Assembly: GCA_951406725.2 (NCBI GenBank)
Contig: OX597827.1
Coordinates: forward strand, 65,596,001 to 65,660,000
Source: Octopus vulgaris
Taxonomy: Eukaryota
Reading direction: 5' to 3'
Length of the DNA stretch: 64,000 nucleotides
Both the position numbers and the translations under genes were made by a program. Numbering within the stretch: position 1 is the first letter of the stretch; the number at the start of each line of letters is the position of its first letter. This document shows, piece by piece, positions 13,927-25,860 of this stretch. Below the pieces are notes generated by a model. It worked only from the letters and a program-made list of their open reading frames with translations. It was not told where the DNA came from and did not search any database.

Positions 13927-14643
13927 ATATTTTAGAAAGGTTATTTTTGTTTTCAAATATTGGTGACGTCAATGGATAATGAAATAATAAAAAAACAAAC
14001 AAACATAAGAATTCTACATTACGACAATTAGAAAGAGAGAAACATAATCGAAAACAAAGTAAATTTTGTATTCAAATATTGTTGACGTCACTGGATAACT
14101 ACAGAATAAAGATAAGCATATGCGCGTGTGTAGGCGTATGTTCGAGCAGAGTACTTATCCTTCAATATCAAATAACATTCGTTTGTTTTTTTATAACCAG
14201 AACGTCTGGTGAATGCTTAGTGTTTAGCTCGTTGAAGATACGTTGTTGATTTTGATGGAGAATTATACATTCATCCAGTAAATATAAGATTAAAAGTGGT
14301 CTTGTCTCCACGTGAGCATCCTGCCTGTTTTTGTAATTAGACATAGTAACTAGAATGACGTCATTCAGTCTGGACTTTCTTTCTTTGAGATATATGAATG
14401 TTTAACAGCTGTTTCTAAAAAAGCCGTATAGCATTCAAAGTATCTGCTGCGTGGTTACAAAATGCATACTGTTTGATGGTAAAAATACTTCTAAATATTG
14501 TGATGCTGATACTAGAAATGATAGAATTGGTCAAACGCAAAGTAAAGAATCATGAACATAAATGTCACTCTGAAAGTTTAGTTACATTCTGGACTTGTAA
14601 TATACATATATACATACATATATACATATCAATAAATAAATAA

Positions 14644-14674
<31 letters not shown>

Positions 14675-14769
14675 TATACACACACATACGTACGCGTGTA
14701 TATAAATGAACATACATGTATACGTATATAAATAAATACATCTACATATATACGTATATATATATGTAC

Positions 14770-14861
<92 letters not shown>

Positions 14862-15326
14862 GTATATATATGTGGATATATACATAAATACCTACACATA
14901 CATGTATATCTACATACATATTTATGTATATACATACATAAATACACAACTACTTATACGTATACGTGTGTGTGTGTCTGTGTGTATTCGACTGTTCCTT
15001 ATATTCGTTCACTGGCAAATCTGTAAGCGCCTGTTTATAGTGGATTATATATTTTCAGCCGGTGATAAATGGACGCAATTAGTAAAGCTACTCCTGCAGT
15101 TAATTGCGTGTTGTAACATCGTAATTATAATCTCCAGCATCCAACTTTGTGATCTTCGCAATCAACAACACCCCTCCTCCTCCTCGTTATCATCCTCATC
15201 ATCATCATCATCACCACCAACATCATCATCAGCATTATCATCATCATCACCATCATCATCGTCATTATCATCATCACAATCATCATCATCATCACCACCA
15301 CCATCATCACCATCATCATCATCATC

Positions 15327-15357
<31 letters not shown>

Positions 15358-15497
15358 CCACCACCATCATCATCATCATTATCATCATCATCACCACCAT
15401 CATCATCATCATCATCATCATCAACATCATCATCATCACCACCACCACCACCACCACCACCATCATCATCATCATCCTCATCATCATTATCATCATC

Positions 15498-15545
<48 letters not shown>

Positions 15546-16454
15546 TCTATTATTACTATTATCGTTGTTAATATTTCTGTTGTTGTTATTGTTATTGTTA
15601 TTGCTCTTGTCGTTGGTGTTATTGCTGAAGTTGTTTCTTATTGCAATTATAGAAGTTGGCTATGGAAGGTTTGCAAGGAGCATAACTTTAATGATAATGA
15701 CGTCATCATATTAGAATGAACACCAACGGTGTTGATGGTGTAGGCTATGATGATGATCATGATGATGAAGTCATCGGCAATAATTACGACGATGATGATG
15801 CTGATGAAATCGAATGCCATCATTATCGTCGTCATCTTCATTTTTATGGCGTGTTGGTCATTTCCATAATGAGAGATATAATGATCGTATTTATCAAGCT
15901 TACGATGAGAGTAATAACAACGAAGAACATTACGGTAAATACATCGGTAAGGAAAAGTCGGTGGAGCGGACTCAGGGACAGCGAAACTGTTGCAATAATC
16001 GTCGTGGAAAAGCATGATGGATATTATTATCATCGCACCCCTCCTCCTTCTCCACCACATCTTCCTCTTCCTTCCCTTTCTCCTCCTCCTCCCCTACTCT
16101 TCCTCATACTCTTTTTCGCTCATGCTGCCGTTAGTCTCTTTCTTTCTCTTCCTCATCCTGGTCTTTGTCCTCCAACTCTTCCACCTCCTCCCCAAGGTCC
16201 TCCACATCCTGCTCAAGCTTTTTCACCTCCACGTCGACTTTGTCGTTGTCGTCGTCGTCGTCGTCATCCCCCTCCTCCTAATACTATTACTACTAATAAT
16301 ACTACTACTACCACGACCACCACCACGACCACCATCGCAATCACCAACACCACCAGCACTACTACTACGACCACGACCACCACCTCCACTACCAACCCTA
16401 CTACTAATACTAATATGACGACCACGATTACTACTATTAGAACTACTACTACTC

Positions 16455-16494
<40 letters not shown>

Positions 16495-17741
16495 TACTAC
16501 TACTACTACTACTACCACTACCTTTTATATACTACGATTATATTTATGACAACAAATTTACCAGCGAAATGTGTGGGTGTTTAATTGGAAAATTCTGTAG
16601 TTTATCGGCTGCACATGAATTGCAGTTATCTAATGGGGGCCCTTTTTATGTTCTCCGTTTGATCCCTTTTGGGATATATCTCCCTCATTTTTCTGTATTT
16701 TGACAAATTTTCTGTAACTATTGTCGTCTTTTTCATCGGCTGTAATCTCATGCCAAATGTGTAATACTTCGCACCGTTGAAACTCATCTTTCTCAAAGGA
16801 ATCATCTTCGCCATTTTCGGTTTGTTCCTTTTCTCTTTTGATCATTACAATTATCGTCGTTATCATTACCATAGTTGTTCCTCAGTGTTATTGTCCCTTG
16901 CCACCGCCGCCGCCGCCACTCATATCATCTTCATCATCATTGTCGTCAACATCGTCGTCATCATCCTCATCTTCATCATCATCCTTATCATCGTCATCAC
17001 CATCGTCATCATCGTCATCAGCATCGTCATCACTATCATCATCGTCGTATTCCTCCTCATCATCATCATCGTCATCCCCATCGTCATCATCGTCATCGAC
17101 ATGGTCATCGTCATCATCCTCGTCCCAATCATCATCGTCATCGTCCTCGTCGTTATCATCAACATTATCATCGTCATCGTCATCATCATCGTCACCATCA
17201 TTATCATCCTCGTCGTCGTCGCCGTCATCATAATCATCACATGATGATGATGATCATCATCTTCACATGATCATGATCATCATCATGTTCATCATCATCA
17301 CCATATTCGATAACTTCATTTTCCGAGTCCTGTTCGCCATTGATTTCTCATTATTCTCTTCCATATCAACTTCATGCACGGAAAAGCTAGAACAATATCA
17401 GGAACACAACCACCACTACAATCTCCACCACCACCAACACCACTAACAACAACAACAACAGTAGCAACAACAACAACAACGACAACAACAACAGCAACAA
17501 CAACGGTAGAAGTAATAATCGTAATAGAATCCTCAAAACGCCAATAAAATTAACCGTACCAACTCTAGGGTACAATGATATAGCGCTCGTTGAAACAATT
17601 AAAGGTAAAACTTCACATAAATCTCGCGATACTATCTCTAAAAGATGGCGCGTTATTTTATATGGATTGAGTTTGCTTGCACTTAAGATGAACACGTGAT
17701 GGCAACGAACACGAAACTGTAAAATGTAAAACTAATTTAGA

Positions 17742-17855
17742 ACATTATTCGCATTATTTACAATTGACGGATATTTGTCCTCATCTTGTTTGTTAAGACA
17801 ACGTTTCGGCTGACTTACCCTCCAGCCTTCATCAGGTGTCCTGGGGAAATTTCAA
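17742..17855 (-). mobile_element. 3' (hammerhead-bearing) fragment of the tRNA-head/hammerhead element
   Basis: Minus: gaaatttccccaggacac-CTGATGA-A-GGCTG-gagggtaagt-CAGCC-GAAA-CGTT-gtc; homologous to 18910-18980. Confidence 0.8.
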
Positions 17856-17894
17856 ACTATTACTTTATTACTAATTTCAAATTATTACTTTATT

Positions 17895-17974
<80 letters not shown>

Positions 17975-17995
17975 TATTATTATTATTATTATTAC

Positions 17996-18051
<56 letters not shown>

Positions 18052-18054
<3 letters not shown>

Positions 18055-18613
18055 GTTTGACTTTTGCTTTACATTTGTACAAGTTGGCTCCAAGTCTCAC
18101 CCAGAAACCTCAAGAGACAACAGGTTGGAAGTTTATGTTGTTGGAAGTTTATGTTGTTGTTATGTCTAGCGTGCCATATACTTGGTTTTGTATTTAGCGT
18201 TATACTAGTGAATGTCTAAAAAAATACATATGAAAATTATGTTTGTTTTAAAACTTGAGATTATACATAGAAAGTATTTTGCGTAGGATATGAGCATTTC
18301 TCATGAGCACTATCTTTTGAATTTCTGCCATTTTGGGGTTTCCTGGTATCTGAGTTAGATAGCAATCAGCCCTCTTTGCTATCATTCCCAGGTTACCTAT
18401 GACAACAGGTATTGTTTTAGTCTTCAGCTTCCACATTTTGCTGATTTCTATTTCAAGATCTTTATATTTGCTCAGTTTTTGGTTGGTCTTGACAGATGCG
18501 TTTATATCGATTGGGACAGTCATATATATATATCAATGAGGAGGCATGTTCTTTGTCTGAAGTCTTTCAGTATGATGTCTGGCCTATTCGCATCTATCTT
18601 TCTGTCAGTTTGA
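18052..18613 (-). mobile_element. R4/Dong-like non-LTR retrotransposon 3' fragment (restriction-like endonuclease + 3' UTR) inserted in (TAA)n
   Basis: Minus translation QTDRKIDANRPDIILKDFRQRTCLLID|MTVPIDINASVKTNQKLSKYKDLEIEISKMWKLKTKTIPVVIGNLG...HILRKILS carries the RPD..D..K..KY RLE motif. (TAA)n on both sides; a short (AT)n expansion near 18525 breaks the frame. Confidence 0.88.
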
Positions 18614-18696
<83 letters not shown>

Positions 18697-18713
18697 CATC
18701 ATCATTATTATTA

Positions 18714-18980
18714 TATGCCCACGTGTATATGGCATAGTGGTTAAGAGCGCGTGCTACTAACCTCAAGATTCCAAGTTCGATTCCAGGCAGTAACCTGAAT
18801 AACAACAACAACAACAACAACAACAACAGCAACAACAATAATAATCATAATAATAATAATAATAATAACAATAACATCGAAAATTACATTAGGAATGGGA
18901 ACCCAGAATTGAAATTTCCTGAAGACACCTGACGAAGGCTGGAGGTCATATCAGCCGAAACGTTGTGTGTAAACAACAAC
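18714..18980 (+). mobile_element. SINE-like element: tRNA-derived head + (AAC/AAT)n + terminal hammerhead ribozyme motif
   Basis: A box tggcatagtgg (18730-18740), B box agttcgattcc (18774-18784), microsatellite 18798-18876, hammerhead acac-CTGACGA-A-GGCTG..CAGCC-GAAA-CGTT-gtgt (18925-18968). Confidence 0.75.
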
Positions 18981-19530
18981 ATTGTCCACAATTTAATTGT
19001 TCATAAAGCAAAAGCCTTAATTACAACAAACATCAATATCCAGGACATCTGATCATTACTTGCATAATTAAATCCAATCGCAATCATTAGGACTGAGAGC
19101 AAAATTAAGTTCAGTTTCGTCTGCGACACCAGTGGAATTATCCGCATTAGTACAAATGTCGGATTAAATTAAGAAGAAGAAAAACAATTAAAATTACTAA
19201 TTCTACCAACTGCATATTGTCGTTGTTGTCATCGTCACCAGAAACTAATCGGCGTCGATTAGCAACAATAACATCAACAACAACAGCCGTAGCAGCAGCA
19301 GCAAGGGCAGCGGCAGTAGTCGCAGCAGTAGTCGCAGGAGTGGCAGCAGCAAAAGAAGTGGCAGTGGCATTGGTAGTCGAAGCATCAGCAGTGGCAGCAG
19401 CAGCAGCAGCATTTGTACGTGTAGTAGTAGTAGTGGTAGTGGTAGTGGTAGTAGTAGTAGTAGTAATAGTAGTAATAGTAGTAGTAGTAGTAGTAGTAGT
19501 AATAGTAGTAGTAGTAGTAGTAGTAGTAAC

Positions 19531-19570
<40 letters not shown>

Positions 19571-19701
19571 ATAGTAGTAGTAATAATAGTAGTAGTAAAG
19601 TAGTAGTAGTAGTATAGTAGTGGTAGTAGTAGTATTTGTAGTAGTTGTAATAGTAGTAGTGGTAACAGTAGTAGTAGTGGTGGTGGTGGTAGTAGTAGTA
19701 A

Positions 19702-19751
<50 letters not shown>

Positions 19752-19755
19752 ATAA

Positions 19756-19815
<60 letters not shown>

Positions 19816-20029
19816 CCCTAGCAGCAGGGTCACCAGGAGCAGCTAAATGTTTACGAGCATTATCCCAACTGTCAAAAACATCGTTACCCTCCTTCACATC
19901 ATCAACATTATCATCATCGTTGTTATCTTTATCTTCATTCACATCACTGTCGTCGTCATCATTATAATCATCATTATCGCCATCATCATCATCGTCGTCG
20001 TCGTTGTCGTCTTCGTCGTCCTCGTCGTC

Positions 20030-20250
20030 CTGGCAGAATCGTTAGAACGCCGGGCAAAATGCGTAGCCGTATTTCGTCTGCCGTTACGTTCTGAGTTCAA
20101 ATTCCGCCGCGGTCGACTTTGCCTTTCATCCTTTCGGGATCGATAAATTAAGTACCAGTTACGCACTGGTGTCGATTTAATCGACTTGATCCGTTTGTCT
20201 GTCCTTGTTTGTCCTCTCTGTGTCCAGCCCCTTGTGGGTAGTAAAGAAAT
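20030..20250 (+). mobile_element. SINE family A
   Basis: Same head, core and tail as 10079-10328. Confidence 0.92.
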
Positions 20251-20265
20251 AGTTATCACCATCAA

Positions 20266-21010
20266 TTGTACGTTAATGCTGCAATAATTTGCTTACAAAT
20301 CTTGGACGATATTTCGTGTCCAAAATTTAGATTATACTGTAGGATTTCCAAATTCTTGTACGTTTTGTTTGGTTCCTTCCATCTATTTCGTGCGTCTGTC
20401 TTCCAGCTTTTTCTATCCTTTTGGGTTATATCTGTTTTCCTCATATCGTTCTTTTGTTCCTCAGATTTCACCTTTTTTATTGTTATTCGTTTATTGATGT
20501 CATTCGTGTTATCTTTGTATTCTAACTTATTTACGTTTGTGTTATTGTTATTTGGAGTTTCATTATTTTCAAATTTGATTTTTTCCATTGTAGCAGGCTC
20601 TATTTAGCGCTTCATTGTAGTATGGCGCATGTTGTTTGAATATTTCCTCCGTGGCTGATAATCATGATATTCTGGTGGCTACGTTTTTAATTATACCCTT
20701 GATATAGGAGATGGATTATTGGAATTGATATTTATGTATCTTAGGCACTTATCTGGCTTGTGGTATAGTTCATACATGCTACTTTCCAAATTAAAAGTCG
20801 CATCTAAAAAGTTTACCTTGCAGTAGCTATAATCTGTTGCAACACAAATGCCAAAACGTCTAAAAACTTTTTCTTCTCTATCGTTCAATAGGAAAAACGT
20901 ATCGTCTTTGTAAAGGCCTCCTGTCGTTTCTGGAAATTCTGATTTGACCTTGTATAAGAGGTAAATTCCAACAATATCCGATACTTGAGGCGAGTCACTC
21001 GATGTCATGT
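20266..21010 (-). mobile_element. Penelope-like element reverse transcriptase fragment (degenerate)
   Basis: MTSSDSPQVSDIVGIYLL...GGLYKDD...VNFLDATFNL...YELYHKP...YININSNNP matches PLE RT motifs (MGS..GA...DLVG.Y.L, GLYRDD, VNFLDV, Y..Y.KP, Y....SNHP). Confidence 0.85.
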
Positions 21011-21172
21011 ACTCTAATACGTTCTTTACGGAATAGACCTCAACTATAACGAGGTTATCAAGCGTTACAGAGAAACAAACTCACCCACAACTACATATAC
21101 ACATGTATATGTGTGTATGTGTGTATGTGTGTATGTGTATGTGTATATGTATATGAATAACTATCTATCTAT

Positions 21173-21203
<31 letters not shown>

Positions 21204-21234
21204 TATGTATATATAGGTAGATAGATAAATAGAT

Positions 21235-21299
<65 letters not shown>

Positions 21300-21300
21300 C

Positions 21301-21361
<61 letters not shown>

Positions 21362-21853
21362 GTTTCTTTATTGGTCACACAGGGCTGCACACAGATGGGA
21401 CAAGTTACAAGGTAGAGCTTTTCTTTTGGGGGATGGAAAAAAAAAAGTGGCGTAGGTTTTCGATCAAAAAGGATCGTAAAAGGGGAAAAAAGGAAAATAA
21501 AAAAAGAAAAAGGGAAAGGAACAAAAGAAAAGAAAAATGAAAAAAGAAGAAAAAAGAGGAAAAAAGGGGAAGAGGAAAAAAACGATCAATAGGGATCGTG
21601 TATCACAGTGTCATGATGTATGGTGTAAAGGGGAAAGCAAGTAACGTTTATCCGTGGGAAGAAAAGCCTACGAAAAAGACCACGGTAACCTTGGTCAATA
21701 TTGTTATATGTTACCACATTTGTTTGCAAGTGGGTAACCCTCTGTTTTCAATTTCTGGGTTTATAGGATCATGCTCAAGGTGGCTTCGTCATTCATATGT
21801 GCCATCCTTGCTACATTCACCCATCTTTTTTTAAAACGTTCGCTAGACAAAAC
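21362..21853 (-). mobile_element. Tx1/L1-like LINE 3' end inserted within (GATA)n
   Basis: Minus translation VLSSERFKKRWVNVARMAHMNDEATLSMIL* (F..RW C-terminus typical of L1/Tx1 ORF2), T-rich 3' UTR ending ccaataaagaaa, (GATA)n on both sides. Clade call is an inference. Confidence 0.7.
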
Positions 21854-22292
21854 TAGATAGATAGATAGATAGATAGAAAGAAAGATACCATGTTTTGGTC
21901 ATCATTCGACATGTCGTTCATATTCACTTCGCAGTGTTGCTACTATAATTAGATTTGTTTTATACAATTAGTTATGCAAACACACGTATTCTTATAATAT
22001 ATTATTCTACAATTTATGAGACGGATTTTCTTCAACTCACTTTCGTTCCCTCTCTTGCCTTCCTCGATAGCGGGTTTAAATGTCAAGTATATGAGTAGGT
22101 GTTTCAATATAAGAAAGGTGTGTTTCCAGTCAAGCAGGTAATATGTTTGGTTGTACGTCAACACATGCAATTTATATTAGAGTACTAGGAGACTAAGAGT
22201 AACAGGTTAACCTTCTGTTTATTTATTCCAGCCTTAATGTTAATAACACCGTCTTTATGTACTTGCAGAACCGTGAAACTGGTTGGATGCAT

Positions 22293-22712
22293 ACTCTCTT
22301 TACTATTTTACTTGTTTCAGTCATTTGACTGCGGCTATGCTGGAGCACGGCCTTTAGTCGATCGAGCAAATCGACCCCAGAACTTATTCTTTGTAAGTCA
22401 AGTAATTATTCTGTCGGTCATTTTTTCCGAACCACTAGGTGAGATACGTAAACACACCAGCATCGGTTGTCAAGCGATGTTGAGGGGACAAACACAGACA
22501 TAAAAGCATATGCACATACATACATATATATATACACATATACGACAGGCTTCTTTCAGTTTCCGTCTACCAAATCCACTCACAAGGCTTAGGTCGGACC
22601 GAGGCTATAGTACAAGATACAAGACGCTTGCCGAAGGTGCCACGCAGTGGGAGTGGACCCAGAACCACGTGGTTGTTAAGCAAGCTACTTACCACACAGC
22701 CACACCTGCGCC
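22293..22712 (-). mobile_element. SINE family B, full length
   Basis: Reverse complement of the 33778-34174 consensus. Confidence 0.9.
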
Positions 22713-23305
22713 TGAGGTAAACTCTTCATGTTCAGGAGGCCTTTTACTATTACTTGTTAACGTCATCTGCAGGGTGACCACAATGTTCTTTATGTATTGG
22801 CGAACAATCCCTGCTTGTTAGTTGGTAATTTTTGCTGAACAACCGTGTTAAGTACAATGAGTCGGGCTACCAATAAAATCGTCATGTAGGCTACTTTAGT
22901 GTCTCTCCCTAAAACATCAAATTGGCAGAAACTATTCCCACCAAGTAGACAGAGTGAGAGATGTATTACAAATATAGTTGAAAGGTGGAAAAAGATCAAA
23001 TCCTATATGTGGAAGCCAACTATCTACTATGTTAAGTTCCATCCGGAATTAATGAAGCTTCAAGAAACTAAGTTCATCCAGCAAATTTGCCTGAATTGTT
23101 CCTACGTTATATCATGTTCTTAGATTATATTACATTATCAAGACCAATAATGTAGTAAAGAGTTGCCGTATGTTTCGTTAAACTGTTATTAATTGCAAAT
23201 AAAAATCTACCTGGAATACCTCTTATTGTATAGCGTAGTTATGTTTTCACCCTCTTATATACACAGAGCAATATCGTTTCACTACGTTTAAGGAAATTCT
23301 CTTCT

Positions 23306-23540
23306 GTGGAGTCGCGATGGCCTAGTGGTTAGAGCAGTTTCGATTCCCAGACCGGGCGTTGTGTGTGTTTATTGAGCGAAAACACCTAAAGCTCCCTGAG
23401 GCTCCAGTAGTGGAGGTGGCGACCCCTGTTGTACTCTTTCGCCCCAACTTTCTCTCACTCTCTCTTCCTGGGGGGAACACATGCGCCACAGAAACCGGGA
23501 AACTGGGCCCATGAGCTCGGCTAGGCTTTAAAAGGGCGCA
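23306..23540 (+). mobile_element. Chimeric SINE: family C head/body with family D tail
   Basis: 5' part matches family C (tttattgagcgaaaacacctaaagct); 3' part ctggggg.aacac...ggctaggctttaaaagggcgca matches 55890-55962. Confidence 0.8.
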
Positions 23541-25157
23541 AAAATAAAATAAATTCTCTACCCAGAGGGATGCCATGCACTTCGTTATACACATATTATA
23601 CGGGGTTTCTCATTACCAGTGAATGACCTGGCGCGGGAGCGACTGCAATATAGCAATGTGTAATTTTGTTGTTATTTTCCAAATGCCAAATGAAACCTGA
23701 ATGGAATATTTCATTTCTTCTGTTACACCTTCCAAATACGTGAAAACGTGTGGTTACTCATATATAATTTAAAGGAGCTTATAAGTTAGGTTCATGTAGC
23801 TGTCAAATGAAGTATTAGTTTCTATTTTCTATTAAAACAATATCTCCGGAACCAAAATAAATTAAGAGGTGAATTTGATTAAATGGCAATTTTCATTTTA
23901 CTTACAGTTGACATTATAGTGAAGAATATGATGTGAATGACCTCGCATACTTTAAATTACGCTATATCTATGGAAAAATAAAACTTGCAGGTAAAAAACA
24001 AATTACGGTATATCTATGGAAATACTTAAAGCACCTATTAGCTGTGTGTAAATATTATGCTAATTTATTCAATGTGGAAACAAATTTGTTTAATGTGGTA
24101 TCGATAACTCGTGTACAAGTAAGAGTAGGAAGTACATTTCAAAATTTCTTAGGTGTGATATGCTGATTTTTATTAGTTTAAGATCATTATACCCTCGTCT
24201 GGTTATGGTTTCATTATACTAAACGCAGCTTCAGTAAAAGAAATGCTTGTCGAAAGTGAACGTTGATACTTTATATTCAATATTCCGTAATAAATTCTTA
24301 ACTTTCTTAGAAAGTTCGTAGATATACGAACAGAGTTTAAAGATTCGGAAGATTTCCTCATTGATAGTAACTCTCTTGCTAAGTTGAGTTATAACTTGTA
24401 ATTAAGTCAATATCTTCGTTAAGCCATTTAAGCTAAACGTTAATTAATTTACCTTTATTTTCTAAAACTATATGCTGCTTCATCAATTTCCATTCCATCG
24501 TCTATGTCTAGCTTATTAAGTTTAGTTACTAACTTATTACGCAAGATAATATCTGAGCTAACCGATATCAACCAAGCTCTAATTATTTATATATATTGTC
24601 TAAAGCAATTTACATGTTCAGTTACAAGTACCCGTTAACGTTTAAAGTTTAAACAATCGATAATTAATTTATCACGGTTTTCTAAATCTATCTATTCATT
24701 CACTTTCAACTCCATCCTAGATTAAATCACATTCTTAATACATTTTAAAATTACTTTAGCAATGACTTCGTCGTAAAAGTCTAACCCAAAATATCAGTCT
24801 AGCTGTATGAATAAAGTTCACCCGAATACGTAACTCAAGTTGTGCTATGAATATAGTTTTGTTTTGTTCTTTTGTCTATCTCTAAACCTAAGAATAACTA
24901 AATTAGTACTTCATCTTAGATAATCCTCTTTAGTCATGAATTATTGTATACGCTTTATATCGTTTCTAAAATTAAATTATGATTTTCTAATTTCATCTTG
25001 CAAGATAATGGCAGCATAAAGAACAAAAAAATTAAGCAAAGGCGTGCAGCAGTTTTTACTGAAACTGCTAAAATCATTATTTATGATTAACACTGTAAAT
25101 CTCTTCTTAACGTTAATACTTTTACTGCGTCTGCCAATATTATTAATACACGGACTG

Positions 25158-25377
25158 AGGCAGCGAGCTGGCATAGTGGTTAGCACGCTGGACGAAATAC
25201 ATAGCGCTATTTCGCCCGTCGTTACGTTCTGAGATTAAATTCCACCGAGATCGACATTGCCTTTCATCCTATCGCGATCGATAAATGAAGTGCCAGATGC
25301 GTATTGGGGTCGATCTAATCGATTGACCCCTCCCCCCAAAATTTCGGGCCTTGCGCTTAGAGTAGAAAAGAAAAGAG
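25158..25377 (+). mobile_element. SINE family A variant (alternative tail), with 17-bp TSD
   Basis: Family A head/core; tail cccccaaaatttcgggccttg...agaaaag. TSD tattaatacacggactg at 25141-25157 and 25378-25394. Confidence 0.88.
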
Positions 25378-25394
25378 TATTAATACACGGACTG

Positions 25395-25606
25395 AGGCGG
25401 TGAGCTGGCAGAGTCGTTAGCATCCAGAAAGAAATGCTTAGCGGTATTTCGCCTGTTGCAACGTTCTGAAATAAAATTCTGCCAAGGTTGACTTTGCCTT
25501 TCATCCTTTCAGGGTCGATAAATTAAGTACCAGTGAAATTCTAGAGTCGATATAATCGAGTAGTCCCCTCCCCCAAAGCTTCGGGCCTTGTTCCTATGAC
25601 AGAAAG
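25395..25606 (+). mobile_element. SINE family A variant, second tandem copy
   Basis: Same architecture as the preceding copy; followed by a decayed target copy tatt..acacggactg (25607-25626). Confidence 0.88.
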
Positions 25607-25677
25607 TATTTTTCGCACACGGACTGGTTCAGTTCCATTCCTCTATTATTGATCAATTGGTTAAATATCCAACTAAA

Positions 25678-25860
25678 TAACCACATGGTTCCGGGTTCAG
25701 TCTCGCTGCGTGGCACCTTGGGCAAGTGTCTTCTACTATAGCCTCGGGCTGATCAAAGCTTTGTGAGTGGATTTGGTAGACGGAAACTGAAAGAAGCCCA
25801 GCGTGTATATGTATACAGATATATGTATGTGTGAGTGTGTATGTGTGTGTGTGTGTGTAA
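25678..25860 (+). mobile_element. SINE family B, 5' half
   Basis: aaccacatggttccgggttcagt...ttgggcaagtgtcttctactatagcc...ggaaactgaaagaagccc. Confidence 0.85.

Larger units (their letters stand above)
15170..20030. repeat. About 5-kb belt of compound trinucleotide microsatellites (CAT/CAC/TAT/CTA/CAA/TAG/CAG)
   Basis: Consecutive imperfect trinucleotide arrays, interrupted by short unique stretches and TE fragments; they generate the poly-S/H/T/V/I ORFs. Confidence 0.95.

Noticed and set aside
14716-17270. Long ORFs rich in Ser/His/Thr/Ile/Leu (e.g. 14716-15714, 15716-16549)
   Set aside because: Products of trinucleotide and dinucleotide microsatellites that lack stops; open in several frames on both strands, with no domain signal.
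19147-20146. Poly-Thr/Val/Leu/Ala ORFs
   Set aside because: (TAG)n/(CAG)n repeat read-through.
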